A stretch of 64,000 nt of DNA from Dehalococcoidia bacterium. Lineage in GTDB: Bacteria > Chloroflexota > Dehalococcoidia > UBA2979. The position numbers were made by a program, and so were the translations under genes. The notes beneath the pieces were generated by a model. It saw only the letters and a list, made by a program, of their open reading frames with translations. It was not told the DNA's origin and ran no database searches. Shown here one piece after another: positions 32,803 through 42,809 of the stretch; within the stretch, counting starts at the first letter, position 1, and every line of letters begins with the position of its first letter. The stretch spans positions 1,376,001-1,440,000 of the forward strand of contig OZ219871.1 of assembly GCA_964291495.2 (NCBI GenBank). Direction: 5' to 3'.

Positions 32803-33411
32803 ATGGCCCGTTACACCGGACCTCGCGTGAAGAAGGCGCGCCGCTACGGCGCTCCGATCTTCGCCAACGCCGCCGTCGTGCGGATGCGCCGCACCAACCC
32901 GCCCGGCCCGCGCCCGCTGCGCCGCCGCAAGGTCTCCGACCGCGGCCTGCAGCTGAACGAGAAGCAGAAGGTGCGCTTCGCCTACGGCCTGATGGAGAAG
33001 CAGTTCCGCCGCTACTACGAGCGCGCGGTCCGGCACCCCGGCGTCACCGGCGACCAGCTGATGATCTCGCTGGAGCGCCGTCTCGATAACGTGGTCTACC
33101 GCCTCGGGCTCGCGGGTACGCGCGCCCAGGCGCGCCAGCTGGTGACGCACGGCCTGGTCGCCGTCAACGACAAGAAGCTCGACATCCCCAGCGCCGAGAC
33201 TTCGGTCGGCGACGCGATCGGCTTCAGCGCCCGCGGCAAGCGCTCGAAGTACCTCGACATCCTGCGCGAGGAGATCCAGGCGCGCGAGGTGCCCGGCTGG
33301 CTCGAGGTCGACCGCGAACAGCTCTCCGGCCGTGTCGTCGCGCTCCCCGGCGCCGGCGACTACGAGCCTCATTTCAACCCGAGCGCCATCGTTGAGTACT
33401 ACTCACGCTGA
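32803..33411 (+). CDS. rpsD: 30S ribosomal protein S4 (Cys-free form)
   Basis: MARYTGP, QL.EKQK, LERRLDNVVYR, ARQLV.HG, IVEYYSR. Confidence 0.97.
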   Translation: MARYTGPRVKKARRYGAPIFANAAVVRMRRTNPPGPRPLRRRKVSDRGLQLNEKQKVRFAYGLMEKQFRRYYERAVRHPGVTGDQLMISLERRLDNVVYRLGLAGTRAQARQLVTHGLVAVNDKKLDIPSAETSVGDAIGFSARGKRSKYLDILREEIQAREVPGWLEVDREQLSGRVVALPGAGDYEPHFNPSAIVEYYSR

Positions 33412-33461
33412 GCAAGTGACAAGCAGCCCGCTCCACTGGCGAGCACGCAGCGAGGTGACTT

Positions 33462-34583
33462 TTGGCGGCTGAACTACAAACCCCGACCCTTCGCATCGAC
33501 GAGTCGGAGCTGGAATACGCGAAGTTGGTGATGGAGCCGCTGGAGGCGGGCTTCGGCACGACGATCGGCAACGCCCTGCGCCGCGTGCTGCTCTCCTCGC
33601 TTCCCGGCGCCGCGATCACCTCCGTGCGCATCGACGGCGTCGAGCACGAGTTCTCGACCGTCCCGCACATGCAGGAGGACGTGACGGAGCTGCTGCTCAA
33701 CCTCAAGGACGTCCGGCTGCGCGCCTTCGCCGACCGCCCGGCTCGGCTCTCCCTGGACATCGCCGGCGAGACGGCGATCACCGCGGGCGACATCCGCGCC
33801 ACCGCGGACTACGAGGTCGCCAACCCTGATCACCACCTCGCGACGCTCGGCCACCCGGAGGCGTCGCTCGTGATCGACCTCAACGTCGAGACCGGCCGCG
33901 GCTACGTGCCGGCGACGGTCAGCGAGGGCCTGCCGATCGGCGTGATCCCGGTCGACGCGCTGTTCACCCCGGTGAAGCGGGTCAACTACAACGTCTCGCA
34001 CACGCGCGTGGGGCAGGACACGAACTTCGACCGCCTCGAGCTTGAGGTCTGGACCGACGCCACCATCGACGGCCAGACCGCGATCTCGATGGCGGCGGGC
34101 ATCCTCCGCGACCAGCTGCTGCAGCTTCAGCAGCTCGGACGCGGCGAGATCGTCGCCGAGCGCGCCAGCGAGGCCGCTCCCGCCGACGGCCACGACACGC
34201 CGATCGAGACGCTCGAGCTGTCCGTGCGCGCCTACAACTGCCTCAAGCGCTCCGGCCTCGTCACGATCGGGGCGATCCTCGAGCGTTCCGAGGAGGAGCT
34301 GCTGGCGCTGCGCAACTTCGGCGAGAAGTCGTACGAGGAGCTGCGCGACAAGCTGGTCGCCAATGGCTTCCCGGCGCCGCGCGGCGAGGCGCCGCGCTCG
34401 CGCCAGCCGGTCGCCGTCGCGGAGCCGGCCGCTGCTGCCGGCGATGCCGCCGCGCCGGAGCCGGAGGCGGCCGCTCCGGCGGAGGATGACGACGGCGAGG
34501 AGGTCGGCTCGCTCGGCGCCGCGCTGATCCAGGCGCTGCGCGAGGCCGGCGAGGACGCGCCGGATCTGAGTGAGCGAAGCTGA
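33462..34583 (+). CDS. rpoA: RNA polymerase alpha subunit with extended C-terminus
   Basis: [42 protein letters not shown]. Confidence 0.98.
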   Translation: MAAELQTPTLRIDESELEYAKLVMEPLEAGFGTTIGNALRRVLLSSLPGAAITSVRIDGVEHEFSTVPHMQEDVTELLLNLKDVRLRAFADRPARLSLDIAGETAITAGDIRATADYEVANPDHHLATLGHPEASLVIDLNVETGRGYVPATVSEGLPIGVIPVDALFTPVKRVNYNVSHTRVGQDTNFDRLELEVWTDATIDGQTAISMAAGILRDQLLQLQQLGRGEIVAERASEAAPADGHDTPIETLELSVRAYNCLKRSGLVTIGAILERSEEELLALRNFGEKSYEELRDKLVANGFPAPRGEAPRSRQPVAVAEPAAAAGDAAAPEPEAAAPAEDDDGEEVGSLGAALIQALREAGEDAPDLSERS

Positions 34584-34933
34584 TGCGTCACAAAGTCGAT
34601 GGCCGCAAGTTCGATATGCCGACCGCGCAGCGGATGGCGATGCTGCGCAACCTCACCACCGACGTGCTCAGACACGGCTCGGTGACCACCACCGAGGCGC
34701 GCGCCAAGGAGGCGCGGCGCTTCGTGGAGCGCATGATCACGCTCGGCAAGCGCGGGACGCTGCACTCCCGCCGCCAGGCGCTCGCCTTCGTCTACGACCC
34801 GAAGGTGGTCAAGCGCCTCTTCGACGAGATCGCGCCGCAGTACGAGAGCCGCCCCGGTGGCTACACGCGCGTGCGCAAGCTGGGCCCGCGTCGCGGCGAC
34901 GCGGCGCGGATGGCGGAACTGGAACTGGTCTAG
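34583..34933 (+). CDS. rplQ: 50S ribosomal protein L17
   Basis: MRH, TT.ARAKE, RPGGYTR, R.GD.A.MA. Confidence 0.98.
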   Translation: MRHKVDGRKFDMPTAQRMAMLRNLTTDVLRHGSVTTTEARAKEARRFVERMITLGKRGTLHSRRQALAFVYDPKVVKRLFDEIAPQYESRPGGYTRVRKLGPRRGDAARMAELELV

Positions 34934-34938
34934 GCCTG

Positions 34939-35766
34939 ATGTCCTCCCCAATCTCCCCGCGACGCCTCGCGCTGCTCGTCGAGTACGACGGGACGGAGTT
35001 CTCCGGCTCGCAGTCGCAGCGCGGCCGGCGCACGGTGCAGGACACGCTGGAGGCCGCGATCGCCGACTACTGCGGCGAACCGTCCGAGGACGCGCCGAGG
35101 CGCATCACCCTCGCCGGGCGCACCGACGCCGGCGTGCACGCTCGCGCGCAGGTGGCCGTGATCGAATGCCCGCGCGCGGACGCCCTCGAGACCGTGCGCG
35201 ATGCCTTGAACCACTACCTCCCGGAGGACGTAGCCGTGCGCGCGGTCTGCGAGGTCGCGGCGGACTTCGATCCGCGCCGCGATGCGATCGCGCGCCGTTA
35301 CTGCTACCGCATCCGCGACGGCGGCACGCGATCGCCGCTGCGCCGCCGCGACGTCTGGCAGCGCCCGCACGCCCTCGATGCAGCCGCGATGGCAGCGGCC
35401 GCTGCCGCGCTGCCGCGCGGCCGGCGCGACTGGGCCGCCTTCGCCGGCGCGCCCGCCGGGGGCGGCTCCACGGTCCGCACGCTGACCAGCATGGCCGTGC
35501 GCCGTCGCGGCCCGCACGAGATCGAGGTCACGATGGAGGCCGACGCCTTCCTGCCGCACCAGGTGCGGCGCACCGTCGGCGCCCTCGAGCGTGTCGGCGC
35601 GGGCGCGCGCTCGCCGCGCGAGTTCGCCGCGCTCACCGACGCACCGGCGAGCAGCGTCGGCCCCACCGCGCCGCCGCAGGGACTGACGCTCGAGGCCGTC
35701 CGCTATCCCGCAGGCGCCGTCGAGTGGGGACTGGACCGCGAAGCCGAGCAGGGGATGGTGGCCTGA
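34939..35766 (+). CDS. truA: tRNA pseudouridine(38-40) synthase
   Basis: YDGT.F.G.Q, AGRTDAGVHA..Q, FL..QVR, TAPPQGL.L. Confidence 0.95.
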   Translation: MSSPISPRRLALLVEYDGTEFSGSQSQRGRRTVQDTLEAAIADYCGEPSEDAPRRITLAGRTDAGVHARAQVAVIECPRADALETVRDALNHYLPEDVAVRAVCEVAADFDPRRDAIARRYCYRIRDGGTRSPLRRRDVWQRPHALDAAAMAAAAAALPRGRRDWAAFAGAPAGGGSTVRTLTSMAVRRRGPHEIEVTMEADAFLPHQVRRTVGALERVGAGARSPREFAALTDAPASSVGPTAPPQGLTLEAVRYPAGAVEWGLDREAEQGMVA

Positions 35767-35767
35767 G

Positions 35768-36445
35768 GTGACGACGAAGACCTACCGGCTGAGCGCCAAG
35801 GAGTTCGACCGCCGCTGGCACGTGGTCGACGCGGGCGGGCGGCCCCTCGGGCGCGTCGCCAGCGAGGCCGCGCGGCTGCTGCTCGGCAAGCACAAGCCGG
35901 ACTACGAGCCGCACCTGCCGATGGGCGACTACGTGGTGGTGATCAACGCCTCCGGGGTGGTCCTCACGGGCAACAAGGCGCAGCAGAAGGTGTACTACCG
36001 GCACTCCGGCTACCCGGGGAACCTGCGTCAGCGCACCTTCGAGGAGCAGATGGAGCGCGATCCTCGCAAGGTGGTGGAGCGCGCGATCCGCGGCATGCTG
36101 CCGCACACGCGCCTCGGGCGCGAGCTGTTCCGCCACCTCCGCGTCTACGCCGGTGCGGACCACCCGCACGAGGCGCAGCTGCGCGCCGGCACGGGCGCTC
36201 GCGCCCGCCGCCGCGCCGCCGCCGAGGCTCGCGCCGCCGAGGCGGCCGTGGCCGCGCCGCCGGCGGAGGAGATCGTGGCCGACGAGATCGTGGCGGACGA
36301 GGTGGTGGCCGAGGAGGTCGCCGTCGACGAGCCGGAAGTGGATGAGGCCACGGCGGACGAGGCCGAAGAGACTGTCGCCGACGCCGAGGAGCCGACCGAA
36401 GACGCCGACGCGAGCGACGATGCAGACGCGAACGACGACGACTAA
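35768..36445 (+). CDS. rplM: 50S ribosomal protein L13 with acidic tail
   Basis: W.VVDA....LGR.AS, GKHKP.Y.PH, GMLP...LGR, HPHEAQ. Confidence 0.97.
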   Translation: MTTKTYRLSAKEFDRRWHVVDAGGRPLGRVASEAARLLLGKHKPDYEPHLPMGDYVVVINASGVVLTGNKAQQKVYYRHSGYPGNLRQRTFEEQMERDPRKVVERAIRGMLPHTRLGRELFRHLRVYAGADHPHEAQLRAGTGARARRRAAAEARAAEAAVAAPPAEEIVADEIVADEVVAEEVAVDEPEVDEATADEAEETVADAEEPTEDADASDDADANDDD

Positions 36446-36472
36446 GCACACGGGGAGCGAGCGAGTGGCACG

Positions 36473-36874
36473 ATGACGAACGAGCAGCAGCACTACTACT
36501 ACGGCCTCGGCCGCCGCAAGTCGGCAGTCGCCCGCGTCCGGCTCACGCCCGGCAACGGCGCCTTCGTCGTCAACGGCAAGCCGCTGGAAGACGTTGTCTT
36601 CCGCGCCTCGATGCGCCAGGACCTGCTGCGCCCGCTCGTCGTCACCGAGAACGCGAACCGCTTCAACGTGCAGGTCAAGGTCAGCGGCGGCGGTATCTCC
36701 GGCTGGACCGGAGCGATGCGTCTCGGCATCGCCCGCGCGCTCGTGGCCGCCGACGAGGGCTACCGACGCCCGCTGCGCCAGCACGGCCTGCTGACGCGCG
36801 ACGCGCGCGAGAAGGAGCGCCAGAAGCCCGGCCTCAAGCGCGCCCGCAAGGCCCCGCAGTACACCAAGCGCTAG
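36473..36874 (+). CDS. rpsI: 30S ribosomal protein S9
   Basis: GRRKSAVARV, GGG..G, LTRD.R..ER.KPGL..ARKAPQYTKR. Confidence 0.98.
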   Translation: MTNEQQHYYYGLGRRKSAVARVRLTPGNGAFVVNGKPLEDVVFRASMRQDLLRPLVVTENANRFNVQVKVSGGGISGWTGAMRLGIARALVAADEGYRRPLRQHGLLTRDAREKERQKPGLKRARKAPQYTKR

Positions 36875-36915
36875 CCTCCGCGCCCAGCGTGCTCCTTCGC
36901 CTCCGGCCTCCCCTC

Positions 36916-36943
36916 CGTCATTCCGGCGAAAGCCGGAATCCAG
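36916..36943. repeat. REP/dRS3-like palindromic element CGTCATTCCGGCGAAAGCCGGAATCCAG
   Basis: Perfect hairpin ATTCCGGC-GAAA-GCCGGAAT; reverse strand translates WIPAFAGMT, a pattern typical of this widespread repeat. Confidence 0.75.
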
Positions 36944-37025
36944 GCGGGGGCTCGCCGGCGGTTCTCGCCACCTCGAGGGATGTGCGCCCTCGGAGCCCCT
37001 TGCCCGCGGGCGGGCTGCGCCCGCT

Positions 37026-37064
37026 CCCCCTCACCCCCACCCTCTCCCGCCGGGGGAGAGGGGG
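37026..37064. repeat. CCCCTCACCC...CCCTCTCCC/GGGAGAGGG palindromic repeat element
   Basis: Hairpin CCCTCTCCC-gccgg-GGGAGAGGG preceded by CCCCTCACCC. Confidence 0.7.
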
Positions 37065-37124
37065 CCGGATCGGCCCTCGCGGGTGAGGTGCGCCCGCGGA
37101 AGTCACGTAGCGAGCAGCGGAGCC

Positions 37125-37152
37125 GAGGGGGCGTGGGGGCGCAGCCCCCCGC
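37125..37152. repeat. GGGGGCGCAGCCCCC-type palindromic element
   Basis: GAGGGGGCGTGGGGGCGCAGCCCCCC hairpin. Confidence 0.5.
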
Positions 37153-37211
37153 AGCAGACACGCATCCGCCCTCGAGGTTCCGCGTCCGGCTCCAGAGGTG
37201 AGGGTGCGTCG

Positions 37212-38261
37212 CTATGCGCCGCGCGGGTCGCGGCCGTAGCGGACGGCGAGCATCTCCGCGAGGATCGCGACGGCGATCTCCGCGGGCTCCCGACCGCCGA
37301 TGTTCAGCCCGATCGGCGCGCGCAGCCTCGCGAGGGCGTCGTCGTCGCAACCCGCCTCCCGCAGCTGCTCCAGCCGCCGCTCGTGCGTGCGGCGGCTCCC
37401 CATCACGCCGATGTACCCCGCCTCCGACCGCAGCGCCGGCACCAGCGCGGGCACGTCGAACTTCTCGTCGTGCAGCAGCATCACGATGTAGGAGTGCGGC
37501 CCCAGCGCGGCCGCCTCGAGCGCCTCGTTGGGCCAGCCGACGATCAGCTCGTTGGCGCTGGGGAAGCGCTCGCGCGTCGCGAACGCGGAGCGCGGATCGA
37601 CGACGGTGACGTGGAAGCCCGCCTCGCTCGCCATCCGGGCCAGCGGAGGCCCGGCGAAGGCCGCGCCGAGCAGGAACAGGTGCGGCGGTGGCCGGAACGC
37701 CTCGAGGAAGACGACGCGCTCCGCGCCCGGCTCGCCGAGCGTCAGCCTGCGCGTGCCGCCCTCGAGCAGCAGGCCACGCGCCTGCTCGGCGATCGCGCCG
37801 TCGAGGCCCGCCTCGACGCTGCCGGTCGTCGCGCCGTCCTCGAAGACGACCATGCGCCGTCCCGCGATCGCGGTCGGCTGGAGGCCGACCGCGAGCACCG
37901 CGGAGCGCTGGCCGATCAGCGCCTCGCGCAGCGCCTCCCAGACGGCGTCGGACCGGAACGGCTCGACGAGCACCTCGATCTCCCCGCCGCAGCTGAGGCC
38001 GACCTCGAAGGCGAACTCGTCGGAGATCCCGTACTGCACGACGGCCGGCCGGTCGCCGTCCAGCACCTGCATGGCGTGTTCGTAGAGATCGGCCTCGATG
38101 CAGCCGCCGCTGACGGAGCCGCTGACCTCGCCGGAGCGGGTCGCGCAGAAGCGTGCGCCCGGCAGCCGGGGCGCGGAGCCGCGCACCTCGGTGAGCGTCG
38201 CGATGGCGACCTGCTCGGACTGGCGTTGCCAGCGCTCCAGATCGTCGAGCACGTCCCGCAT
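37212..38261 (-). CDS. XdhC/CoxI family molybdoenzyme maturation factor
   Basis: GSAPR.PGA, GSVSGGCIE, GLSCGG.IEV, YIGVMGSRR, APIGLNIG...P.EIA. Confidence 0.92.
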   Translation of the reverse strand: MRDVLDDLERWQRQSEQVAIATLTEVRGSAPRLPGARFCATRSGEVSGSVSGGCIEADLYEHAMQVLDGDRPAVVQYGISDEFAFEVGLSCGGEIEVLVEPFRSDAVWEALREALIGQRSAVLAVGLQPTAIAGRRMVVFEDGATTGSVEAGLDGAIAEQARGLLLEGGTRRLTLGEPGAERVVFLEAFRPPPHLFLLGAAFAGPPLARMASEAGFHVTVVDPRSAFATRERFPSANELIVGWPNEALEAAALGPHSYIVMLLHDEKFDVPALVPALRSEAGYIGVMGSRRTHERRLEQLREAGCDDDALARLRAPIGLNIGGREPAEIAVAILAEMLAVRYGRDPRGA

Positions 38262-38286
38262 CAGGTTGCTCCGGCGCGCGGAGGCG

Positions 38287-38901
38287 TCAGCGCCGCGCGG
38301 CCCGCGGGCCGGAGTCGGCTCGCACCGCCTCGTAGTCCCGCCAGGTGTCCACGTCCCTCGGGAGCGGGCGGCCCACCTCGACGTCGTCGATCCAGTCCGG
38401 GTGGCGGTCGAGGATCTTCCACGCGGCTTTGTCCCCGTGCAGCTCGTGCAGGAGGCCGAACAGCTCGCGCGAGAAGAGCAGCGGGTGGCCTCGCTCGCCC
38501 TGGTAGGAGACGGCCATGATCCGTCCGCCGCTGCGCCGCCACTCGGACACGAGGCGGTCGATGTCCTCCGTCTCCACGCCGGGCTGATCGCCGAGCGTCA
38601 CGACGACGGCCTCGGCGTCCGGGTGCAGCGCGGCCAGCCCCGCCTGGTACGACGACGAGCAGCCGTCTTCGTAGTCGGGGTTCTCAACGACCTGCGCTCG
38701 CCCGAGCGTGAGTTGCGGTCGCACCTCGGCCGAGGCGCCGCCGAGCACCACGGTCACGTGGTCGAGGCTCGCAGCCGCCTCGACGCTGCGCACGACCCAG
38801 TCGACGAGGATCGTGCCGCGGTAGGGCAGGAGCTGCTTCGGCTGGCCGAGGCGGCTGGAGCTGCCCGCCGCGAGGACGAGCCCGTGGACGGGCGCGCTCA
38901 T
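38287..38901 (-). CDS. mocA: Molybdenum cofactor cytidylyltransferase (MocA family)
   Basis: LAAG.SSRLG.PKQLL, NP.Y..G...S, LGDQP, GHP.LF, GD.AA, DVDT..DY. Confidence 0.85.
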   Translation of the reverse strand: MSAPVHGLVLAAGSSSRLGQPKQLLPYRGTILVDWVVRSVEAAASLDHVTVVLGGASAEVRPQLTLGRAQVVENPDYEDGCSSSYQAGLAALHPDAEAVVVTLGDQPGVETEDIDRLVSEWRRSGGRIMAVSYQGERGHPLLFSRELFGLLHELHGDKAAWKILDRHPDWIDDVEVGRPLPRDVDTWRDYEAVRADSGPRAARR

Positions 38902-39917
38902 CGCAGGGCCGCGGCGTAGCGCTCCGGCTCCTGCTCGAAGCGCTGGCGGCACCCCGCCGCGCAGAAGTAGACCGTCTGGCCCTCGTGCTCGGTGGTATGG
39001 CGCGCTGTCGCCACGTCGACCGTCATGCCGCAGATCGGGTCGAGCGCCTGCTCGCCGCCGCCGGCGGGGATGGGGGTGAGGATCAGCGGCTCGGCGGCGG
39101 ACGAGGCGGCCGGCTCGGGCTGTCTCGCGGGCTGCTCCCGCCGCACCTGCAGGATCTCGGCGGCGATGCTGAGCGCGATCTCCGGGGGCGTCACCGCGCC
39201 CAGGCTCAGCCCGGCGGGGCAGTGCAGCCGCTCCAGCTCGTCAAGCCCGAAGCCACTTCCGCGCAGGTAGTGGAGGACCGCCTCGGCCCGCTTCACGCTC
39301 GCGACGAGGCCCACATAGGCGGCCTCGGAGCGCAGCACGGCGGCCAGCGCGTCCTCGTCGTACTGCCCCTGCGTGGCGACGACCACGTAGCTGTCGGCCC
39401 GCAGGCGCGCCGCGGTCGCCTCGAGGTCCGTCAGCAGCAGATCGGCCTCGGGGAAGCGCTCGGCGGTCGCGTCCGGGTCGGACACGCAGACGTCGAACTC
39501 GATCAGCTTGCCCGCGCTTGCGAGGGCCTGCGCAAGCGGGGTCTCGCCGATCACGACGAGTTCGGGGCGGGGCAGGAACGGCTCCACGTAAATCTCCAGT
39601 GCGCCCTGGCTCTGGCAGGGCATCGCCAGCTCGAGCACGCCCTCCTCGGGCTCGCTCTCGAGGTCCGGCTCGGGGCTGATGCGGAGCAGGCGCGGCTTGC
39701 CGTCCTCGAGGGCCGCGAGCGCCTCGCGCAGCACCAGCGGCTGGGCGCAGCTCCCGCCGACCCAGCCGCTGAACGCGCCGTCGGCATCGATCAGGGCCTT
39801 CGCACCGGGGTAGGCCGAGGTCGGCCGGCGGCAGGCGACGACGGTCGCGAGGGCGAACGGTTCGCGGCGCTCGCGCAGTGTGACCGCCTGACCGAGCGGG
39901 TCATCCGATCCTGGCAT
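38898..39917 (-). CDS. XdhC/CoxF family protein fused to C-terminal YHS (TRASH) metal-binding domain
   Basis: GWVGGSC, MPCQS.G.LEIYVEP, YVGLVAS..R, PAGL..GA.TP.EIALS; tail DPICGM.VD...YFCAAGC...F. Confidence 0.88.
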   Translation of the reverse strand: MPGSDDPLGQAVTLRERREPFALATVVACRRPTSAYPGAKALIDADGAFSGWVGGSCAQPLVLREALAALEDGKPRLLRISPEPDLESEPEEGVLELAMPCQSQGALEIYVEPFLPRPELVVIGETPLAQALASAGKLIEFDVCVSDPDATAERFPEADLLLTDLEATAARLRADSYVVVATQGQYDEDALAAVLRSEAAYVGLVASVKRAEAVLHYLRGSGFGLDELERLHCPAGLSLGAVTPPEIALSIAAEILQVRREQPARQPEPAASSAAEPLILTPIPAGGGEQALDPICGMTVDVATARHTTEHEGQTVYFCAAGCRQRFEQEPERYAAALR

Positions 39918-39954
39918 GGCCCATCTCCACGCGAGGGCCGATCGCCTCGCCTCG

Positions 39955-42330
39955 CTACTCCGTCACGCCGTGCTCGCGCAGGATCGCCCACACCTTGTCC
40001 GGCGTGATCGGGATGTCGATGTGGCGTACGCCCAGGTGCGACAGCGCGTCCACCACGGCGTTCGCGATCGCAGGCGGCGCGCCGACCGTGGCCGACTCGC
40101 CGATGCCCTTCGCGCCCAGCGGGTGGTGCGGCGAGGGCGTCACGGTGTTCGCCGTCTCCCAAGCCGGCGTTTCAACCGCCGTCGGCACGAGGTAGTCGAC
40201 GAACGACGCGCTGAGCGGGTTGCCGCTCTCGTCGTACGACAGCTCCTCGTAGAGCGCCGGTGCGAGGCCCATCGTCAGCCCGCCGTGGACCTGACCCTCG
40301 ACGATCATCGGGTTGATGATGTTGCCGCAGTCGTCCACGGCAACGAAGCGCCGCACGTGGACCTCGCCCGTGCCCTTGTCGATGTCCACCACGCAGATGT
40401 AGCTGCCGAAGGGGAACGTCAGGTTGGGCGGGTCGTAGTAGGAGACGGCCTCGAGGCCGGCCTCCATGCCCTGCGGGTGGTTCGTGTAGGCGGCGAGGGC
40501 GATCTCCTGGATGGTGACGCCCTTCTCCGGGTCGCTCCGCACGAAGAAGCGGCCGGGCTCCCACTCGAGGTCATCCTCGGTGACCTCCTCCGCCTCGAGC
40601 AGGTGCGCCGCGATCGCCCGCGCCTTCTCGCGCACCTTGCCCGCGGCGACGGCGCCCGCCGCTCCGGCTGTCGGCGTGCTGCGGCTGGCGTAGGTGCCGA
40701 GGCCGTACGGCGCCGTGTCGGTGTCGCCCTCCTCGACGGCGACGTCGCTGGCCGGGATGCCGAGCTCCTGGGCGATGATCTGCGCGTAGGTCGTCTCGTG
40801 GCCCTGGCCCTGCGACTTCGTGCCGAAGCGCGCGATCGCCTTGCCGGTCGGGTGCACGCGCAGCTCGCAGCTGTCGAACATCTTCAGCCCGAGGATGTCG
40901 AAGTGCCTCGAGGGCCCCGCGCCCACGATCTCGGTGAAGCTCGAGATGCCGATGCCCATCAGCTCGCCGCGCTCGCGCTTCTCGGCCTGCTCGCGCCGCA
41001 GCTCGTCGTAGCCGATCGTCTCCATCGCGAGGTTGAGTGCGCCCTCGTAGTTGCCGCTGTCGTACTCCCAATCGAAGACCGACTGGTAGGGGAAGGCGTC
41101 CGCGGGGATGAAGTTCTTCTTCCGCACGTCGGCCGGGTCCATCCCGACCTCGGTCGCCAGCACGTCGACGAGCCGCTCGATGGCGTGGACGGCCTCGGTG
41201 ACGCGGAACGAGCAGCGGTAGGCGATGCCTCCGGGCGGCTTGTTCGTGTAGACGCCGTCCACCTCGGCGAAGGCCTGCTGGAAGTCGTACGAGCCCGTGC
41301 AGATCGAGAACAGGCCGGCCGGGAACTGCGAGGGGTTGCAAGCGGCGTCGGTGTAGCCGTGGTCCGCCAGCGTCTTGATGCGGAGCGCCTTCATCGTGCC
41401 GTCGCTGTCGGCGGCGATCTCGGCGGCCATGTGGTAGTCGCGGGCGAACGAGTCCGCCTGCAGGTTCTCGATGCGGTCCTCGATCCACTTCACGGGGTGC
41501 CCCGTGACGACCGCGGCGGCGACCGCGATCACGTAGCCGGGATAGACCGGGACCTTGCCGCCGAAGCCTCCGCCGATGTCCGGCGAGATGATCCGGATCT
41601 TCTCCTCGGACAGCCCGACGTGGCCCGCGACGAGGGCGAACACCGTGCGGATCGCGTGCGGCGCCTGCGTGGTCATCCAGACCGTCAGCTGCCCGGTCAC
41701 CGAGTCGAACTCGGCGACGCAGCCGCAGGTCTCGATCGAGGCGACGTGGATGCGCGGCAGGTAGACGTCCTGCTGCACCGTCACGTCGGCTTCCTCGAAG
41801 GCGCGGTCGGTCGCGTCCCTATCGCCGACCTCCCAGTGGAAGATGTGGTTGTCGGTCTTGCCTTCCTTGTCGTCGCGCAGCACGGGCGCGTCCGGCTCGA
41901 GCGCCTTGAACGGGTCCACCACCACGGGCAGCGGCTCGTACTCGACCTCGACGGCCTCGACGCCGTCGGCGGCGGCGTAGCGGCTGGTCGCCACGACGGC
42001 GGCGACCTCCTGGCCGGCGTACATCACCTTGTCGACCGGGAGCACCATCTGCGTGTCCGACATCAGGGTCGGCATCCAGTGCAGGTTGTAGGCCTCCAGT
42101 GTCTCGCCGGTGATCACGGCGAGCACGCCGTCCACCTCGAGGGCGGCGTCGCTGTTGATGCTCTTGATGCGGGCGTGCGCGTAGGGGCTGCGCACGATGT
42201 CCAGGTAGAGCATCCCCGGCCGCACGATGTCGTCGACGTAGTTGCCGCGGCCGCGGATGAAGCGCGCGTCCTCCTTGCGCTTCACGCTGTGGCCCATGCC
42301 TCCGATCTCGGGGCTTGTCTCTGCGACCAT
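39955..42330 (-). CDS. coxL: Aerobic Mo-Cu carbon monoxide dehydrogenase large subunit, form I
   Basis: Form I active-site motif AYRCSFR; KRKEDARF, WMPTL, GGGFGGK, SQGQGHETT, AKG.GES. Confidence 0.97.
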   Translation of the reverse strand: MVAETSPEIGGMGHSVKRKEDARFIRGRGNYVDDIVRPGMLYLDIVRSPYAHARIKSINSDAALEVDGVLAVITGETLEAYNLHWMPTLMSDTQMVLPVDKVMYAGQEVAAVVATSRYAAADGVEAVEVEYEPLPVVVDPFKALEPDAPVLRDDKEGKTDNHIFHWEVGDRDATDRAFEEADVTVQQDVYLPRIHVASIETCGCVAEFDSVTGQLTVWMTTQAPHAIRTVFALVAGHVGLSEEKIRIISPDIGGGFGGKVPVYPGYVIAVAAAVVTGHPVKWIEDRIENLQADSFARDYHMAAEIAADSDGTMKALRIKTLADHGYTDAACNPSQFPAGLFSICTGSYDFQQAFAEVDGVYTNKPPGGIAYRCSFRVTEAVHAIERLVDVLATEVGMDPADVRKKNFIPADAFPYQSVFDWEYDSGNYEGALNLAMETIGYDELRREQAEKRERGELMGIGISSFTEIVGAGPSRHFDILGLKMFDSCELRVHPTGKAIARFGTKSQGQGHETTYAQIIAQELGIPASDVAVEEGDTDTAPYGLGTYASRSTPTAGAAGAVAAGKVREKARAIAAHLLEAEEVTEDDLEWEPGRFFVRSDPEKGVTIQEIALAAYTNHPQGMEAGLEAVSYYDPPNLTFPFGSYICVVDIDKGTGEVHVRRFVAVDDCGNIINPMIVEGQVHGGLTMGLAPALYEELSYDESGNPLSASFVDYLVPTAVETPAWETANTVTPSPHHPLGAKGIGESATVGAPPAIANAVVDALSHLGVRHIDIPITPDKVWAILREHGVTE

Positions 42331-42334
42331 GGCG

Positions 42335-42805
<471 letters not shown>

Positions 42806-42809
42806 CGGC

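Noticed and set aside
34570-35766. 398-aa ORF suggesting an N-terminally extended or fused TruA
   Set aside because: The extension overlaps rplQ in another frame; TruA homology begins at the ATG at 34939.
36871-37350. Short ORFs in the rpsI-xdhC gap
   Set aside because: Their translations (WIPAFAGMT, PLTPTLS, GVGAQPP) are by-products of the palindromic repeats, with no coding signal.
39955-42330. Form II CoxL or generic xanthine dehydrogenase
   Set aside because: The active-site loop is AYRCSFR (form I), not AYxGAGR, and the gene order is M-S-L.
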